Positions 50,173 to 62,714 of a DNA stretch of 64,000 nucleotides are shown one piece after another. Source of the DNA: Hormiphora californensis (lineage: Eukaryota; Animalia; Ctenophora). A program made the translations under genes and the position numbers. The notes under the pieces are model-generated. The model had not been told where the DNA came from, searched no databases, and was given only the letters and a program-made list of their open reading frames with translations. Each line of letters opens with the position of its first letter. Position 1 is the stretch's first letter. The DNA is taken from positions 4,402,001 through 4,466,000 of the forward strand of contig CM035353.1 of the NCBI GenBank assembly GCA_020137815.1. Reading direction: 5' to 3'.

Positions 50173-53100
50173 ACATGTTTTATCCCTTCTTATAGCAACA
50201 ACCATGACCTGTGATTGCCGGTTGAGCACAGATGACTTCGTAGACATCAATCACTTTAATTATACACATATCATGGATAGAAGTAATGTGTATGGAGGAG
50301 GTGGTGCTAAGGATGGCCACAACACACCCTACAGCACCCTGGTTGGCCAATTATAAGGTCTGACTACCTTATACCATTTCATGGAATGGGGGGGGGGGTA
50401 CCCTCCCATTTCCTAATTTCATTATATCGTGTAGCTTATGGTGCAGTTGTTATAGCGTGTTAAATAGATTCATGGATTAGCAAGTCCAAGTTATAAGTTG
50501 TGTTCTGGTCATGGTCGTATTTGGGAGGAGGGGGTAAGGCTGTTTCGCAAACATTTGTTTTGTTTTTTATTTCTGGATTTTTATTTGCTTCTTTGTTTTG
50601 CATCTTTATATTTTGCATCTTTATTTTAACATCTTTATTTTTTTCATTTTTACTTTCTGTCAATTTTTATCTTTTTAATTTTCATTTTCAGCCTTCTCAT
50701 TTTTCACCTTTTATTATTTGGTTCCTGCAAGAGATCATCTGTCACATTTCCGCAGTTTTTAATGAAAATTTTATTTGCTCATTTTATTGTCAGATTACGG
50801 TGCGAAGCGAGGGTTACGATTCGTAACCCTCGCTTTCGTAATACGAAAGTAACAATCATTTTCGTGAGCTCTTCAGTTTTGTTTTGTCACATTATTTTTC
50901 TATCACTGAGATAAAAACGGTTCAATTTCACATTAGGGTTTCCCTTTTTTACCTTTTTTACTTCCTGTTACATTTTCCGAACATTTTGACTTATTATTTA
51001 TTGATTTTCGTGAATTATGCTGTTTTCAGTTACTAATATTAGCATACATGCTGTGTCTTCTTACTACAAAATATCTGCCTAATCACTCTTTACTCATCCC
51101 CCCAGCCCCCTTAGTCAGATACCAGCGGATGTGACACCAAATCCTTCTCTCCAGAAAGACATCTCACCGGAGAAAGTATGTGATCTGACACCTTCTCAGT
51201 TATCCCCTTCACATTGGATCAGATCAGAAAAATGGAGGATTTTCAAAAACTAAGTGAACTCTTTTTTACACTTTACCCCATAACAGACAAGAAAAAGAAA
51301 ACGGGATAGTGCTGACTGTTCATTTTGCTCAAAGACAATTACGAATCAGCACCTGCGACACCTTCAACGCTGCAAGCTAGCTCCCAGGGTAGCAGACGAC
51401 ACCAAATCCTCCTACTTGGTAAGTAACTGTCAACTTGACAGTACCGAGAGGGTGGTATAGCTGTGTCTTCTTACTATCAAATATCTATCTAATCACTCTT
51501 TACTCATACATAGTTTTCAGACTGTGCTGTTTTTGAGACTAAGTAAGTAATAAGTTTATATTTTGCTTTCTTTTGGTTTTTATCTTTATTTCATACATTA
51601 TCTTTTTTTCATCTTTTTTAAAATCCTTTTCTTTATTTATCTATTTATCTTGAACGCAAAAATGGTTCATATATATAGGTGTTTTGACTCCAGTAGTGAC
51701 CCCGGTGATCCACCAGTGATCAAGCTGTAGTGACAGCGAGCCCCTGCCCGGGCCAAGATGCCACCTCCAATTCCTATCACCGCACTGTTGATAACCTGGG
51801 TCCTAGGTACTAAAAGCAGTGCACTGTTCTTAACGTTCCGCTCTCAATTTTCTACGCCTGCGGCAGAGGGATTCAATCAAGCTTTGCTGTAAGATAGCTG
51901 TCATGGAGATCGACACAGTAGTGGGCCGTATGAAGGCGTTGGACATCCTGCTGGCATCGAAGGCGGCTTTGTTGACAAAAATAGACGGGTTTGTCCTGCG
52001 GAACCAATCCGGAATGCCTACAGGATTGGTTTTGTTCAATTTGTTGCTATTGTATTTAATAGTAAATTGCGGGAGCCACAAATATGTGCTCCCTGTGAGC
52101 GAGTTATAATTTATACTATTATGATTATGTTGTGATTTTGCATTGGTGGGAATGACGTCACGGTGAATTACTTCTCAGCGAATTACCCCTCGGCGAATTA
52201 CCCCTGCTCAGTCTGGAGAGAAGAAGAAGAAAGCGGTGCTCGTGCTATACTATTCATGAAGAGGAGCTCGAAAACCATCATGTGAGACAGGAACCAGTGC
52301 AGGAGTAGGAGGAACGAGTGATTAAAAACGCATTAACAGAGCGCTAGAGGATATTTACTGCGTGGGTTGTTGGGACTATAAATAAAAGACGGGAGAAGAA
52401 CATGAGAGGGACAGGCACTTCAGAGTTGTATTTTACGTTAGAGACTTTGCTTGTATAACTCTATTAACTAATTCTACCCCGTATATCCTTTGTTTAAGTA
52501 CCTCGTATACCCACATTTTCTAGACACTTATCATCCTTATCGGAAGCAATGACCCTCACATCCGAAGTGGATACTCAGACTCCCTCTGAGGCCGACAACC
52601 CAATGTTATCCCTATTGGGAGACCTGGCAGAACAAACGCCGGGTTGTGCAAAATAGTGGATTGTCCCATATGACGTTTAAGTTGCTCGTGTATAGTAGAT
52701 CGTTTGATACTTATGATAGAAAAGGGGGAAGTTGGTAATTCCCGTGGCCACCACTGCACGATCACTTTGAAAGACTTGCAACAGCATCAAACATGCCAAA
52801 ATACACTAGGAGATAGAGAGTCAGTCATACCCATCAGATCGAGAAACAGTGATCAGAACATGGAAAAGTGTTAAAGAAGCACTATAGAGGAACAAGCCTC
52901 TCAGTGTTCCTGCAGAGCAAGGAGACACCGTTAAGAATGAACCTTGCAAGTACAGAGTATACATAAATAGTAATCATTTTACAATAATAGTTATAGTAAA
53001 TAGCAGGTTGCCCAACATGAAGTGTAAGAGAAAGGCTGCTAAGAAGGATGCTTTCCAAAAACTAGAAGTACAGCAATCACTCCATACTGCAAGAACCGGA

Positions 53101-53339
53101 AAACAGCGGTAGGCAGCAGAAAGAACTACCCACGCCCGGTGGTGAACCAGAATTTTGCCGATATGATTATCCAATACATACCAGTAAAAAATCAGGAATG
53201 ATTTCTTTTGCTGTAAACTACCTACGAGTCTATCTATTTTGGAAAGGTGTACAAAGAACAGTGTGTAGGACCACCTTTATAAATGAGCCTCACAATTGAA
53301 TAAATTTTAATTTAATACATGCATATTGTAATGATTATA

Positions 53340-53610
53340 CAGGGTGGGCCAGAAACATGGAGCCACTTTGAGATAACTAACGTGTCAATACAGTTCGCTC
53401 TCCGATGTACAGAGTAATTTTCACGGTCTATTGAGAGAAAAGGTTTCCCCTGAGGATTGAGATCGACAGAGAGTCACCGGCCTTTCCTAACAATTATCAG
53501 CCTGTCAACTGACAGGGTAACACGTTGAAATGTGGATCCGTACAATGGAGAGAGGATTGTATTTTTCCAATTCTTATCTCCAAGTGGCTTCATGTTTCTG
53601 GCCCACCCTG
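53340..53610. mobile_element. Tc1/mariner-type MITE
   Basis: TA-CAGGGTGGGCCAGAAACATG ... CATGTTTCTGGCCCACCCTG-TA. Confidence 0.92.
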
Positions 53611-54792
53611 TAGTAAGAAACGGGTTGTCCAACATACCGTGAAATTGCTCGTGTAGTTGTAGAGCGTTTGATATCCATGATAAACATCCAGAGAACCCGT
53701 TTGACTCTAGTTGCTCTCTGACTTTCCCGGTTTGCCTTGACTACTTGTTATGGACCAGTCTTCTGCACCCTCATGAGTTGCAACTTCAGCCGATTCTCAC
53801 CTCATATTCACCGGCGGTCATCCTACATCATTATCAACTAATAAGCTTTCTATTTTATTCTTCTGTCTATTATTTAGATGTGTTCTTTATTCCTGCATAT
53901 AGCTAACCATGGAAGTTATAATTGTGTTGAAAGTAAAATCAATTATCTGGCAACAGTAACAGCGTCAACCATCATTTGCCATTATTGATGCGAGAAAAAT
54001 ATTGTAAATGTAAGAATAATCAATAATAAATACTGGAAGCAGAAAGAGGGGACCACCGGGTCCTCGGCTCCGTGATGCTAGGTTACCGTATTAAGGACCC
54101 TATTTTGAACTATATGGTTTATACAAATTAATATATGGTTTATATTCAGATGGTTTAAATGTCATCCACTACTTAGAAAAGGACAATGTTATTTATTGGG
54201 GTACGACGAGGGGCTATCCAGGTCTCAGACCACATCAGAGATGCTCTCTTTTGGGAAGAGCGGTGGTTCGTTCAACTCTACAGAGAGAGGCGCAGAGACT
54301 GACAGCATGGGCAAATCAGCGGAGATAAGACCCTGCTGGTCAACACTCTACATGTCTGCAGCCAGACTGGAACACTACTGGTCAACACTACATGTCTGCA
54401 GCTAGACTGGAACACTATAACGCAGCCAGTATATCCTACCACTCCACCGTACCCCGCAGGAGGAGCTGAATAGTGAATATTACTGATGGAATATCTACTA
54501 CATTATCCATTATTATTGACTCCCTCTCTTCTCTCTCACCATCATCCATCAAAAACCGGTTCTCTCCATTACACAGGATGATTAGGCTCTGCCCGCTCTG
54601 CCGTATAGGATGGCCTACTTTCACTTTCATAACAAAGAGAAAGTGAAAGTAAACCATCCTGCAGAATCCTGCAGAGCTGTGCACCAATATTCCAGTAACT
54701 AGGGGCTAGACAATCAGTTATCTCTTCGTCCCACTTCGATTCAGGGACCAAGAGCAGATCGGTCTAACCCCTCGGAATTGGGTGCTAAGTGT

Positions 54793-54930
54793 AGAACCAA
54801 TGAGAGAGAAGACAGAACCCCTCCAGCCAATCAGAAGTGGGCACGCTTCGGGCTGACCTATCAGAAGCGTAGTCACTTCATGTCACGTGACTCTCCACTC
54901 TGTCACGTGACTAGAGAGCCTATAGCACGG
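54793..54930 (+). promoter_or_regulatory. Promoter-like cluster: two CCAAT boxes and two GTCACGTGAC E-box palindromes
   Basis: CCAATGAG, CCAATCAG, TGTCACGTGACT x2, upstream of ORF-X 55527. Confidence 0.45.
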
Positions 54931-55526
54931 GCATCGTGCAGTTTGAGTCACTTCTTGATTCTCAATATCTTAGCTAGAGAGTACAATTTGAAGTAGATTG
55001 CTCTTGTTGTACTCTATTTCTTTTCACCTACATCATACAACGTATTTTTACTTTGTCCCCCCGCATCATTACGAACACTATTTGGTAATGAAATTATCCC
55101 TCCGCGCGAGCGCCCCGGGGGTGACTTCGTACCAAGAACACTATCATTTATTTTATACCCCACTGATTGGGTATGGAAGGAATGTTGCGGCACGACACAG
55201 AGCCACATATCAGGATCGAGTAGCAGCTTCCCAAGTTCAGCAAACAGTTAGTAACGCCCTATTCACTAGGATATATCCTATCTATTCTATAGAAACCGAA
55301 GACGAGGGTGAGATTTCAAATTGTTAAATGAGCAGAATTTGTAACCAATTAGCAGCACCTAATTGAGAGGTGCCAACAGGTTTATATAGTGGACTCCAAC
55401 GAGTGAATATTACGGACACTATCATTTATTTTATACCCTAAAATTTCACATGTACCCCCATTAAAATAACTGCGTTTATGGTTCTGTCAGGCTTTACGGC
55501 GGCGAATAGCTGATCTCGAAGCAGAG

Positions 55527-55871
55527 TTGGCGATGGCGAGCTTTCCGATAGACAGAGAAACGCCTTGGAGATCACCCAGCATCAGACAGTGGGTTAAGAC
55601 AATTGAGGAGACAGCATCATCTCAATCTCTAGACAAAGAAGGACGGCGAACAGCTCTTGACCGGCTCCTACGTTGTAAGGGTGACGCCCTGAACCAGTTC
55701 CGGGAGGAGAGGTGCCCTCCAGGCATCAGATCGGCCGTGCGGTTGGGTGCAATACAAGTATTCGACCGGCTGAGAGACAGCTTACTTTGGGAGGACGATG
55801 CGGCTCTCGTTCGCTCATTGCTCACGAAGGAAGCTAAGAGGTTAACAGCATGGGCAAATCAGCGGAGATAG
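55527..55871 (+). CDS. ORF-X subfamily 3 (114 aa); C-terminal homolog at ~54240-54328
   Basis: TPWRSPSIRQWVKTIEE..CPPGIRSAVR..LTAWANQRR aligns with TPIRLVPVRDYVEFLEE..ARPGVLAAAK..LWEYGRQRR. Confidence 0.55.
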   Translation: MAMASFPIDRETPWRSPSIRQWVKTIEETASSQSLDKEGRRTALDRLLRCKGDALNQFREERCPPGIRSAVRLGAIQVFDRLRDSLLWEDDAALVRSLLTKEAKRLTAWANQRR

Positions 55872-56139
55872 ACCCAGCTGCAGCCAGTACCGGATCTCTA
55901 CAGCAGCCAGCACCCCTCCCAGTTATTCTACCCCGGCTGAAAGCAGTGATATGAACACTATATTGACTGGCATTTATTTTTATATAACTACCTATAAGAT
56001 TTACATGTAACCCCCATTGAAAACTGCGTTTATGGTTTTGTTTGTAAGTACGTCAGTTTGTTGTGCATTCATGCATATAGGCCCTTATCTCTCGCAGGAG
56101 AGGGGGAGAATCTGTGCAGCTACAGATCATCATCGAGAA

Positions 56140-56421
56140 ACTGTGCAGTCGCGTACTGCACTGATCCGGATAGGTAGGAAGGAGGAGTGGTTGGATTCAG
56201 CCCCAAGTGATGTAGTTTCCGCAACGATGCTTTCTATTGACTGCGTGGAGGAGGATGGACATTGGACCCTGGTTGTAGGTGGTTCTGGGCACCCCCTTAG
56301 GTATGCGGAGGTCCGCGTGGGAGGATTCGGAGAGAGGTTGGTGGTGCCTCATCAGAAGCACCCCGGCCCTCTGACGTTCTGTTTAGTAAACTCTGTAATA
56401 GCCCCCGTGGTGCCTTTGTAG
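56140..56421 (+). pseudogene. C-terminal beta-rich part of the SIAH-like protein family seen at 63652-64000
   Basis: LIRIGRKEEWLDSAPSD matches LIRVGRKEEWLDSAPSD at the window end. Confidence 0.55.
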
Positions 56422-57013
56422 ATGTTAGTAACGTGTGTGGGTGTGTTGTTGTGGTTCTCCACGGGCATGTGCCCTGGGGATCGCGACAGCACACTCATAC
56501 CACCCTGCATGTGTGCCTATCTCTGTGTGTATTTATACCCGCGTGTATCTTTTATATATACAGCTGTATTATTTCGTTGTACTTTTATAACTATTATTTA
56601 TTGAAATATTGACCCCCTCCTTCCCCTCAACCGTTCCCGTGTATAAATAACCTCCCATCTCGCCCTCTCTAGCAATGAGGTGTGCTACTTTTATCTTCTG
56701 CTGGATCGTGCTGTTCTCACCCCAGTGGAGAAGAAGGAAGTGAACCCGGTTTTAAAACAGTTCAACCAGGAGACGGACGTTTTAACCAAAGAGGAACTGG
56801 GCTTGGCTCTACTTCCTGATAAATTGTTAGTGACGTCCGAGGATACCTTGCTGCAGTCCGTCTTCATGAGTATCAAGATCCTATCTCAGACTGGAAGCTT
56901 GCTCTCCGGGGATAGAATTTCGATGGATCTAAATAACGCATTATGAAACGTGACTATATCAATGATCTGGCAACAGTAACAGATCTGGCCAGATCAAGTC
57001 ATTTGATAAATAA

Positions 57014-57229
57014 CAGTGGTCATCCGACATAATTGCCATATCTCGACGTGAACTTCGACGTGGAATTCGACGAGGAATAGCAGGCGTTTGTAGTTATGAA
57101 CGGCGCCTGCTGCCCGTGCCAATATGCCGCGCACAGCAGGCGTTCATAACTACAAACGCCTGCTATTCCTCGTCGAATTCCACGTCGAAGTTCACGTCGA
57201 TATATGGCAATTATGTCGGATGACCACTG
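57014..57229. mobile_element. Palindromic MITE (CAGTGG termini, ~95-bp arms)
   Basis: CAGTGGTCATCCGACATAATTGCCATAT.. / ..ATATGGCAATTATGTCGGATGACCACTG-TA. Confidence 0.88.
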
Positions 57230-60174
57230 TAATGAATTATATCCAATTTATAATATTTCTACTTGATTGTAACGTGAAAAAACCTTCCCCGCGAGTTGTC
57301 TATCTAATTATTGTTTCACTGTTTAGTTGTTTTATTTTCAGAACAATAGCAGAGTTGTAGTAGCCAATAGCAGAGGAGGTTACAGCAGCTAAAAAAGCTT
57401 CACATCTTCGTTACCTCACTCCTAATTTGGCATCCAAGCATGGATATAACATTAAAGAGTAAGTTGAATGTCTAATTGATGTAACTAATAAGATCATTTA
57501 TTGTTTTGGTTTAATAAATAGTTTATTCAGACTACCCCATGCCATATTTCCTGACAGGTGGTAGGATTCGAAAGGAGCAAGAAACTACGACTCGTGTTAC
57601 TAAACCCTTCTCAGCAGCGACCCTTGACCCAGTACAGTGCAGTACTGTAATATGATAGACTTGATAAAGGAGGAAGACTCAGTAAAATTGAGTATGGAGT
57701 ATTTCGGGGGAACAACGGCTGAGAAGTCGGGTCCTGAATAGCATGTACCCTGCCCGGTCAGGTGTGATAGGAGGGAGAGGATGTCCTCACGGGGCTCAGC
57801 ACCTAACTGTATGAAACTCATGCCTCTTAGCGGGGGGGGGGGGGGGGGGGGTACCCCGGAGAGGTCGATAATCTAATTAACGGGGTACCCTTTTAGATGA
57901 TCTACAGTTTCATTCCACTTTCCTCCCTCTATCATCTCCTCTCATCCCCCTCAGGTCGGAAAGTACGCAGAGTCTGCAGACTTTGACCCAAAGCACATCG
58001 TGAAAAGAACCAGAAATATGATCATTGCTGATTCGCCTTGGGTTGTTGACTCTTGTCCCGTCACTAAGCAAGCAGGACCTTTGCAAAAACTGGCTGCGTC
58101 AGATAAGAACTCTCACTCAATTCAGCGGTTACTGGATGTTGCCGATAAGCAGAATGTGGCATTGGCTACAAATCTGCTCGTAACATTTGCTGATGGGGTT
58201 AAAAATTATCTGAAAGTGACCCAAACCTTGGATACCGGCTTCAGGGGATTTTGGGAACCCTCACGGCTTTCGCAGCTGTCATCGACGGCATCCTTTCGTA
58301 TTGTCATGATCCATCCGTCTCATTAGACAAACAACTCACGAAGATCAGCACGGCCCTTCATGTTCTCAACAGTTAGATGTAACGCCTAAGTGTTAATTGA
58401 ATTAGACAGGGGGTACCTAGAGAAAGTTGGGAATTTTATACAGTTCTACCCGAGAATAAAAGCGACATATCCTAAAAATTACAATATTACGGAAAGCTGT
58501 ATCATGTTTAACTTCTATACTAAGGGGGACCACATACAGCACCGGTGCGAACTCCAGAACGTCGCACCACATACTGTCGGTGGAAACTTCAGTACAGTGA
58601 GTGTATGTGGTGCCTCTTACTGAACAATCAATAAAAAACCTTCAAAACAAGCTAAAAACACGTAATTTTTTGTGAAATATCTTCCTCTCACTAATACCGA
58701 ACTCTCTCTACCTCCTTTTCTCTCTCTTGTTATGTTTATCTCCACTTATCTCTCTCTTATCTTTCCCGATTGCAGCACATATTTTCTCGATATGTCGGAT
58801 AATCTCGCCCTTGTTCTAGGTGGCCCTTTCTGTCGTAGTGAGAGTGCGTGCGCCTCTTATTGGTTGCTGTGGTGTGGGTGTGTGTGTGGTGGGAGAAATG
58901 GCTCACCCTAGAACAATTGCAAGTTAATAGCAAAAATGCATAATAACCTGTAAATCACTTGTAATTCGAAGTTCAAACTAGTTTTGAAATAGTTTTGAAA
59001 TTTTTTTAGAAAAATTTTAGTTTTAAAATAGCTTTTGAAATAGTTTTGAAATAGCTTTTGAAATAGTTTTGAAATAGCTTTTGAAATAGCTTTTGAAATA
59101 GCTTTTGAAATAGCTTTTGAAATAGCTTTTGAAATGGCTTTGGACGGGTGGTAGAAATGGCTCATGTGGCTCATCTGGCAGCTGCACGATCATTATGAAC
59201 ACAAGGACATTCATATAAAAGCGAAAACCAGTGTACCCGACTAATTTTAATACGCTGAATCACGTGAGCAACTCTGGCAAGCGCTCAGATGTGAAGAAAG
59301 TGCACTAATTGAGCATAATTGGGTGTAATTGACCGGACTTACAACTTTTCTCCTGGAAACGCTAGAAGTTAATGTGAGGGCACTTTTCCGACTAACTTTG
59401 ATACGCTGAATCACGTAAAAAACTTTTCCAAGCCCTCAGAGGTGAAGAAAGTGCCCTAATTGAGCAATTATGGTCAATTAGACCCAATCAGACTCAATTT
59501 GGGCAATTTCCCCGCCTCTTAGGGCTTGGAAAAGTTGCTTACGTGAATCAGCGTATCAAAGTTAGTCGGAAAAGTGCCCTCACATTAACTTCTAGCGTTT
59601 TCAGGAGAAAAGTTGTAAGTCCGGTCAATTACACCCAATTATGCTCAATTAGTGCACTTTCTTCACATCTGAGCGCTTGCCAGAGTTGCTCACGTGATTC
59701 AGCGTATTAAAATTAGTCGGGTACACTGTTTTTCGCTTTTATATGAATGTCCTTGTGTTCATAATAATCGTGCAGCTGCCAGATGAGCCACATGAGCCAT
59801 TTCTACCACCCGTCCTATGGTGGTATAAATCGGCCAAATGAAAAAATAAGGAATAACAGAAATAAAAACAAAATTTAGTTTAATTTAAGAAATAAAAATA
59901 CTAAAAAGTATAAAAGTAAAAGTAAAGTAAAAAAAATAAAACGTAAAAAGTAAAAAGTTAGAAACAACAAAAATAAAAACAAAAATAAAAACAAAAAAAA
60001 TAAAGATAAAACAAAAAATAAAATCATAAATCAAAAATAGAAAAAACTTTTTTTAGAAAAACTTTTTTTTGAGTTGAACTTTTTTCTTCTTGAGTTGAAC
60101 TTTTTTATTTGGGTCCCGGTCGTGGTATAAATCGGCCAAACGGCCAAAATTAGGAGGACCGTTCTGTAACATTT

Positions 60175-60227
60175 TGATCTCCGAAGTTAAACAACCGCTA
60201 GTCGGGTTAGTACTTGGATGGGTGACC
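60175..60227 (+). other. 5S rRNA-derived internal control region (A box-IE-C box), partial
   Basis: TGATCTCCGAAGTTAAACAACCGCTAGTCGGGTTAGTACTTGGATGGGTGACC vs metazoan 5S TGATCTCGGAAGCTAAGCAGGGTCGGGCCTGGTTAGTACTTGGATGGGAGACC. Confidence 0.82.
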
Positions 60228-60529
60228 AAACAACATATCTCTCTCTCTCTCTCTCTCTCTCACTCTCACTCTCTCACTCTCTCACTCTCACTCTCACTCT
60301 CTCTCACACACACACTCTCACTCTCCCTCTCTATCTCCCTCTCTCTCTGTCTCTGGCTCGAATGCGCTGAGCTGATCTTCCTCGGATCGCATCGCGCGAG
60401 GTCTTCGCTATATATCTCTCGCTCGCTATCTCTCTCTCTCTCTTTCTCGCTCTCTCTCTCTTCTCTCTCTCTCTCAAGCCAATCATTGGCTGCCAATGAG
60501 AGAGCGAGAGCAATAAGAGAGAGAGAGAT

Positions 60530-60601
<72 letters not shown>

Positions 60602-60633
60602 GAGAGAGAGTGAGAGTGAGAGAGAGAGAGAGA

Positions 60634-60668
<35 letters not shown>

Positions 60669-60711
60669 AGTGTATGTGTGTGAGAGAGAGAGTGAGAGAG
60701 AGAGAGAGAGC

Positions 60712-60780
<69 letters not shown>

Positions 60781-60781
60781 A

Positions 60782-60815
<34 letters not shown>

Positions 60816-60825
60816 TATGTTGTTT

Positions 60826-60878
60826 GGTCACCCATCCAAGTACTAACCCGACTAGCGGTTGTTTAACTTCGGAGATCA
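60826..60878 (-). other. Second, inverted 5S rRNA-derived segment
   Basis: Exact reverse complement of 60175-60227. Confidence 0.82.
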
Positions 60879-62420
60879 AAATGTTACAGAACGGTCCTCC
60901 TAATTTTGGCCGTTTGGCCGATTTATACCACGACCGGGACCCAAATAAAAAAGTTCAACTCAAGAAGAAAAAAGTTCAACTCAAAAAAAAGTTTTTCTAA
61001 AAAAAGTTTTTTCTATTTTTGATTTATGATTTTATTTTTTGTTTTATCTTTATTTTTTTTGTTTTTGTTTTTGCTTTTTCTAACTTTTTACTTTTTAGTT
61101 TTTTACTTTACTTTTACTTTTACTTTTTAGTATTTTTATTTCTTAAATTAAACTAAATTTTGTTTTTATTTCTGTTATTCCGTATATTTTCATTTGGCCG
61201 ATTTATACCACCATACCCGTCCAAAGCCATTTCAAAAGCTATTTCAAAAGCTATTTCAAAAGCTATTTCAAAAGCTATTTCAAAACTATTTCAAAAGCTA
61301 TTTCAAAACTATTTCAAAAGCTATTTTAAAACTAAAATTTTTCTAAAAAAATTTCAAAACTATTTCAAAACTAGTTTGAACTTCGAATTACATGTGATTT
61401 ACAGGTTATTATGCATTTTTGCTATTAACTTGCAATTGTTCTAGGGTGAGCCATTTCTCCCACCACAGTGTGTGTGTGTGTATTGTGAGATGCAGGTCTG
61501 TCATTGGCTAGTGCGCGCACGTGACCCCCACGTGACCTTTCAGTACGAAGAGCACATACAGCACCGTACTGATATTTTCTGAGCTAAGCTCACGTGAGAT
61601 TGTGTACTGATAGTCCCACCGATATTTATCAGTAAGAGGCACCACATACGGCAGTGCGTACTGGAGTTTGCACCGAAAGTGTTGTATGTGCTAGTGAGAA
61701 CTGAAGTTAGAGGCACCACATACGGCGGTGCGAATTTCAGTACAGTGCTGTATGTGGTCCCCCTGAGCGGGCACTCAATTTTTTTTTGCTGAGGTGTACC
61801 CTTATAGTTCTCAGATGTACAGATGGGATTTATGAGGAGGGGGCAGTCTTGACCAACGAGGTGACGAATTTTTATGGCGCTGTACCAGGTACCTGTAATG
61901 CGAGAAAGAACTGTGTCCATAAACAAATCAGTATCGTTGCTGCCGAAGCACTTGGTATAGAAAAGAAAATATCCATTCCAGATCAATAGATGACCTTAAC
62001 AGATGTTTTAATTATTTATTTAATAGATATTTTAATTATTTATTACGACACAAAAGAATTCCGTTATTCTCAGATAATATGATATGCCTGAACCTAGACC
62101 CAACATGAAAGATTTTGTTCCTGAAGAGATCGGTTGTCCTGAATGTGGGTGCACAAAGCTTGATCGGTGTCCACAATGAGGGAAACATTTTTCACACTGA
62201 TAAAAAAGTTACTGGTAATATAATAAGAGTTGTGAGTCCGCGATGAGGAGGCAGAAGCTGGCCTACGATAAGAAAGGAGGGTTCCACACAACCTACGAAG
62301 TGGGAGATAAAGCTCTAGTATGGAAGCCACTACCGCCAACCATTACCGCCAGTTTAGAACACGATTCTCTGGACCCCGGACGGTACAACAGGTCTTATCA
62401 TAGCCCTGGTTCAGTGTTGT

Positions 62421-62696
62421 AAGCTAAAAATTGTACTCGACAAACCCATTGTATGTGGTTTCATGGTACTGGAGAACGCGAAATTTACCATGCATAATAT
62501 GTGGTATAATGTCCTGAAGGTCCGTTATGGAGACAAAATAACCCTATTGCTCAGTGACACAGACAGTTTTATATATTCGGTAAAAACTGAGGATGGTTAT
62601 CGTGACTTGTTTTACATGAGGGACATAATGGACTTGGCAGAATATGATCCAGGAACACCCAATTGGGTATTTACCATGTATATACCTACCAACTAA
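62421..62696 (+). pseudogene. Protein-primed family B DNA polymerase fragment (Polinton/Maverick/adintovirus-type)
   Basis: LDKPIVCGFMVLENAKFTMHNMWYNVLKVRYGDKITLLLSDTDSFIY (KP..GF.VL, YGD, DTDS motif C). Confidence 0.85.
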
Positions 62697-62714
62697 GAAA
62701 TGACGACATAACAC

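Larger units (their letters stand above)
58885..61467. mobile_element. Nested foldback element (~2.6 kb) with 11-12-bp tandem repeats in the arms and a (CT)n/(GA)n core
   Basis: Outer arms 58885-59148 / 61215-61467; internal palindromic unit 59142-59815; inner arms 59816-60300 / 60760-61215. Confidence 0.88.

Noticed and set aside
50845-50885. Minus-strand CTGAAGA..GAAA hammerhead-like string
   Set aside because: Stem II is about 1 bp and stem I does not pair convincingly.
52750-53300. Possible LINE RT remnant (TWKSVKEAL; IRNDFF..KLP)
   Set aside because: Too degenerate; no catalytic motif visible.
60175-60227. Functional 5S rRNA gene
   Set aside because: Only the central ~53 nt match; the 5' and 3' stems and terminator are absent.
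58908-61444. SKAI-repeat, SL-repeat and ER-repeat ORFs
   Set aside because: Translations of 12-bp tandem repeats and (CT)/(GA) microsatellites in the foldback arms.
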